Shown here piece by piece: positions 36,419 through 37,380 of a stretch of 37,380 nt of DNA; position 1 is the stretch's first letter, and every line of letters starts with the position of its first letter. The notes beneath the pieces were generated by a model that had not been told where the DNA came from, did no database searches, and worked only from the letters and a program-made list of their open reading frames with translations. Source of the DNA: Escherichia phage vB_EcoS-569R4; sequence record ON470598. One strand, 5' to 3'. Position numbers and translations under genes: made by a program.

Positions 36419-37380
36419 ATGACAGTAAAAATTTCTGGCGTGCTTAAAGATGGCACAGGAAAACCAGTACAGAACTGCACCATTGTGCTGAAGGCCAGAC
36501 GAACCAGCAGCACGGTGGTGGTGAACACGGTGGCCTCTGAAAATCCGGATGAAGCCGGACGTTACAGCATGGATGTTGAGCATGGTCAGTACAGCGTCAC
36601 CCTGCTGGTTGAAGGTTTTCCGCCTTCACATGCCGGGACCATTACCGTCTATGAAGGTTCCAGACCAGGTACGCTGAATGATTTTCTCGGTGCCATGACG
36701 GAGGATGATGTACGACCGGAGGCACTGCGCCGCTTTGAGCAGATGGTAGAAGAGGTGTCACGTAACGCCTCCGCGGTTGCACAGAATACGGCAGCCGCGA
36801 AAAAATCAGCCAGCGATGCCAGTGCATCAGCCAGCGAGGCGGCAACTCATGCAACCGATGCTGCAGCCTCATCACGTGCCGCCAGCACGTCAGCCGGACA
36901 GGCCGCGTCGTCGGCTCAGTCAGCGTCTTCCAGCGCAGGAACGGCATCGACAAAGGCCCGTGAAGCAGCAAAAAGTGCTGCTGCTGCAGAGTCATCAAAA
37001 AGCGCGGCAGCTACCAGCGCCAGTGCCGCGAAAACGTCAGAAACGAATGCCGCAGCATCACAAAAATCGGCAGCCACTTCTGCATCCACAGCGACCACGA
37101 AGGCGTCAGAAGCTGCCACCTCGGCACGGGGTGCGGCGGCCTCAAAAGAGGCAGCGAAATCTTCAGAAACGAATGCATCATCAAGTGCCAGTAGTGCAGC
37201 TTCCTCGGCAACGGCGGCAGGAAATTCCGCGAAGGCGGCAAAAACGTCCGAGACGAACGCTAAGTCTTCTGAAACAGCAGCGGGACAGAGCGCCTCAGCT
37301 GCGGCAGGTTCAAAAACAGCGGCTGCATTATCTGCCAGTGCCGCGTCAACAAGTGCCGGGCAGGCCTCAGCCAGTGCCAC
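36419..37380 (+). CDS. stf: side tail fibre Stf, second diverged copy, N-terminal part (runs off the window end)
   Basis: ATG at 36419 preceded by a hairpin with T-run; translation MTVKISGVLKDGTGKPVQNCTIVLKA... parallels the first stf copy with scattered substitutions; not in the ORF track because no stop lies in the window. Confidence 0.7.
   Translation, partial: MTVKISGVLKDGTGKPVQNCTIVLKARRTSSTVVVNTVASENPDEAGRYSMDVEHGQYSVTLLVEGFPPSHAGTITVYEGSRPGTLNDFLGAMTEDDVRPEALRRFEQMVEEVSRNASAVAQNTAAAKKSASDASASASEAATHATDAAASSRAASTSAGQAASSAQSASSSAGTASTKAREAAKSAAAAESSKSAAATSASAAKTSETNAAASQKSAATSASTATTKASEAATSARGAAASKEAAKSSETNASSSASSAASSATAAGNSAKAAKTSETNAKSSETAAGQSASAAAGSKTAAALSASAASTSAGQASASA

Noticed and set aside
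35159-37380. Several long minus-strand and alternate-frame ORFs (e.g. 35489..36025, 35584..36270, 36916..37380, 35386..36267)
   Set aside because: They lie inside the Ala/Ser/Thr-rich stf repeats, where GC-rich repetitive codons leave several frames open; the plus-strand stf frame matches lambdoid Stf.
1-37380. Looked for tRNA genes, CRISPR arrays, integrase/att sites and IS elements
   Set aside because: No tRNA-like cloverleaf candidates, no spaced identical repeats of CRISPR type, no integrase or transposase ORF and no terminal inverted repeats were seen; the window starts and ends inside the prophage, so the attachment sites are presumably outside it.

Overview
This window reads as a ~37 kb segment of a lambdoid prophage from an enterobacterial (E. 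coli-like) host, running from the early-left operon through the immunity and replication regions, the late genes, and into the tail fibre. The most interesting item is a sharply AT-rich, convergently oriented two-gene cassette (10651-12112, minus strand; 308-aa soluble protein plus 182-aa four-helix membrane protein) inserted between Q and the late operon. I could not assign it to any family and flag it as a candidate uncharacterised phage-exclusion module. Other points worth a second look: a CII-like gene apparently split by a frameshift in a G7 run, a highly structured non-coding element next to an AT-rich orphan gene beside cI, origin iterons inside the O-like gene, and a lambda-like cos site. 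The lysis cassette looks phage-21-like and the tail module lambda-like, but the J C-terminus differs from what I recall of lambda. Two 10-N runs break the J gene and join a second, diverged lom-stf copy, so the last ~1.3 kb is probably a scaffolded contig. No integrase, att site, tRNA, CRISPR array or IS element was seen. All family assignments are from reading the translations and from memory; no searches were run.
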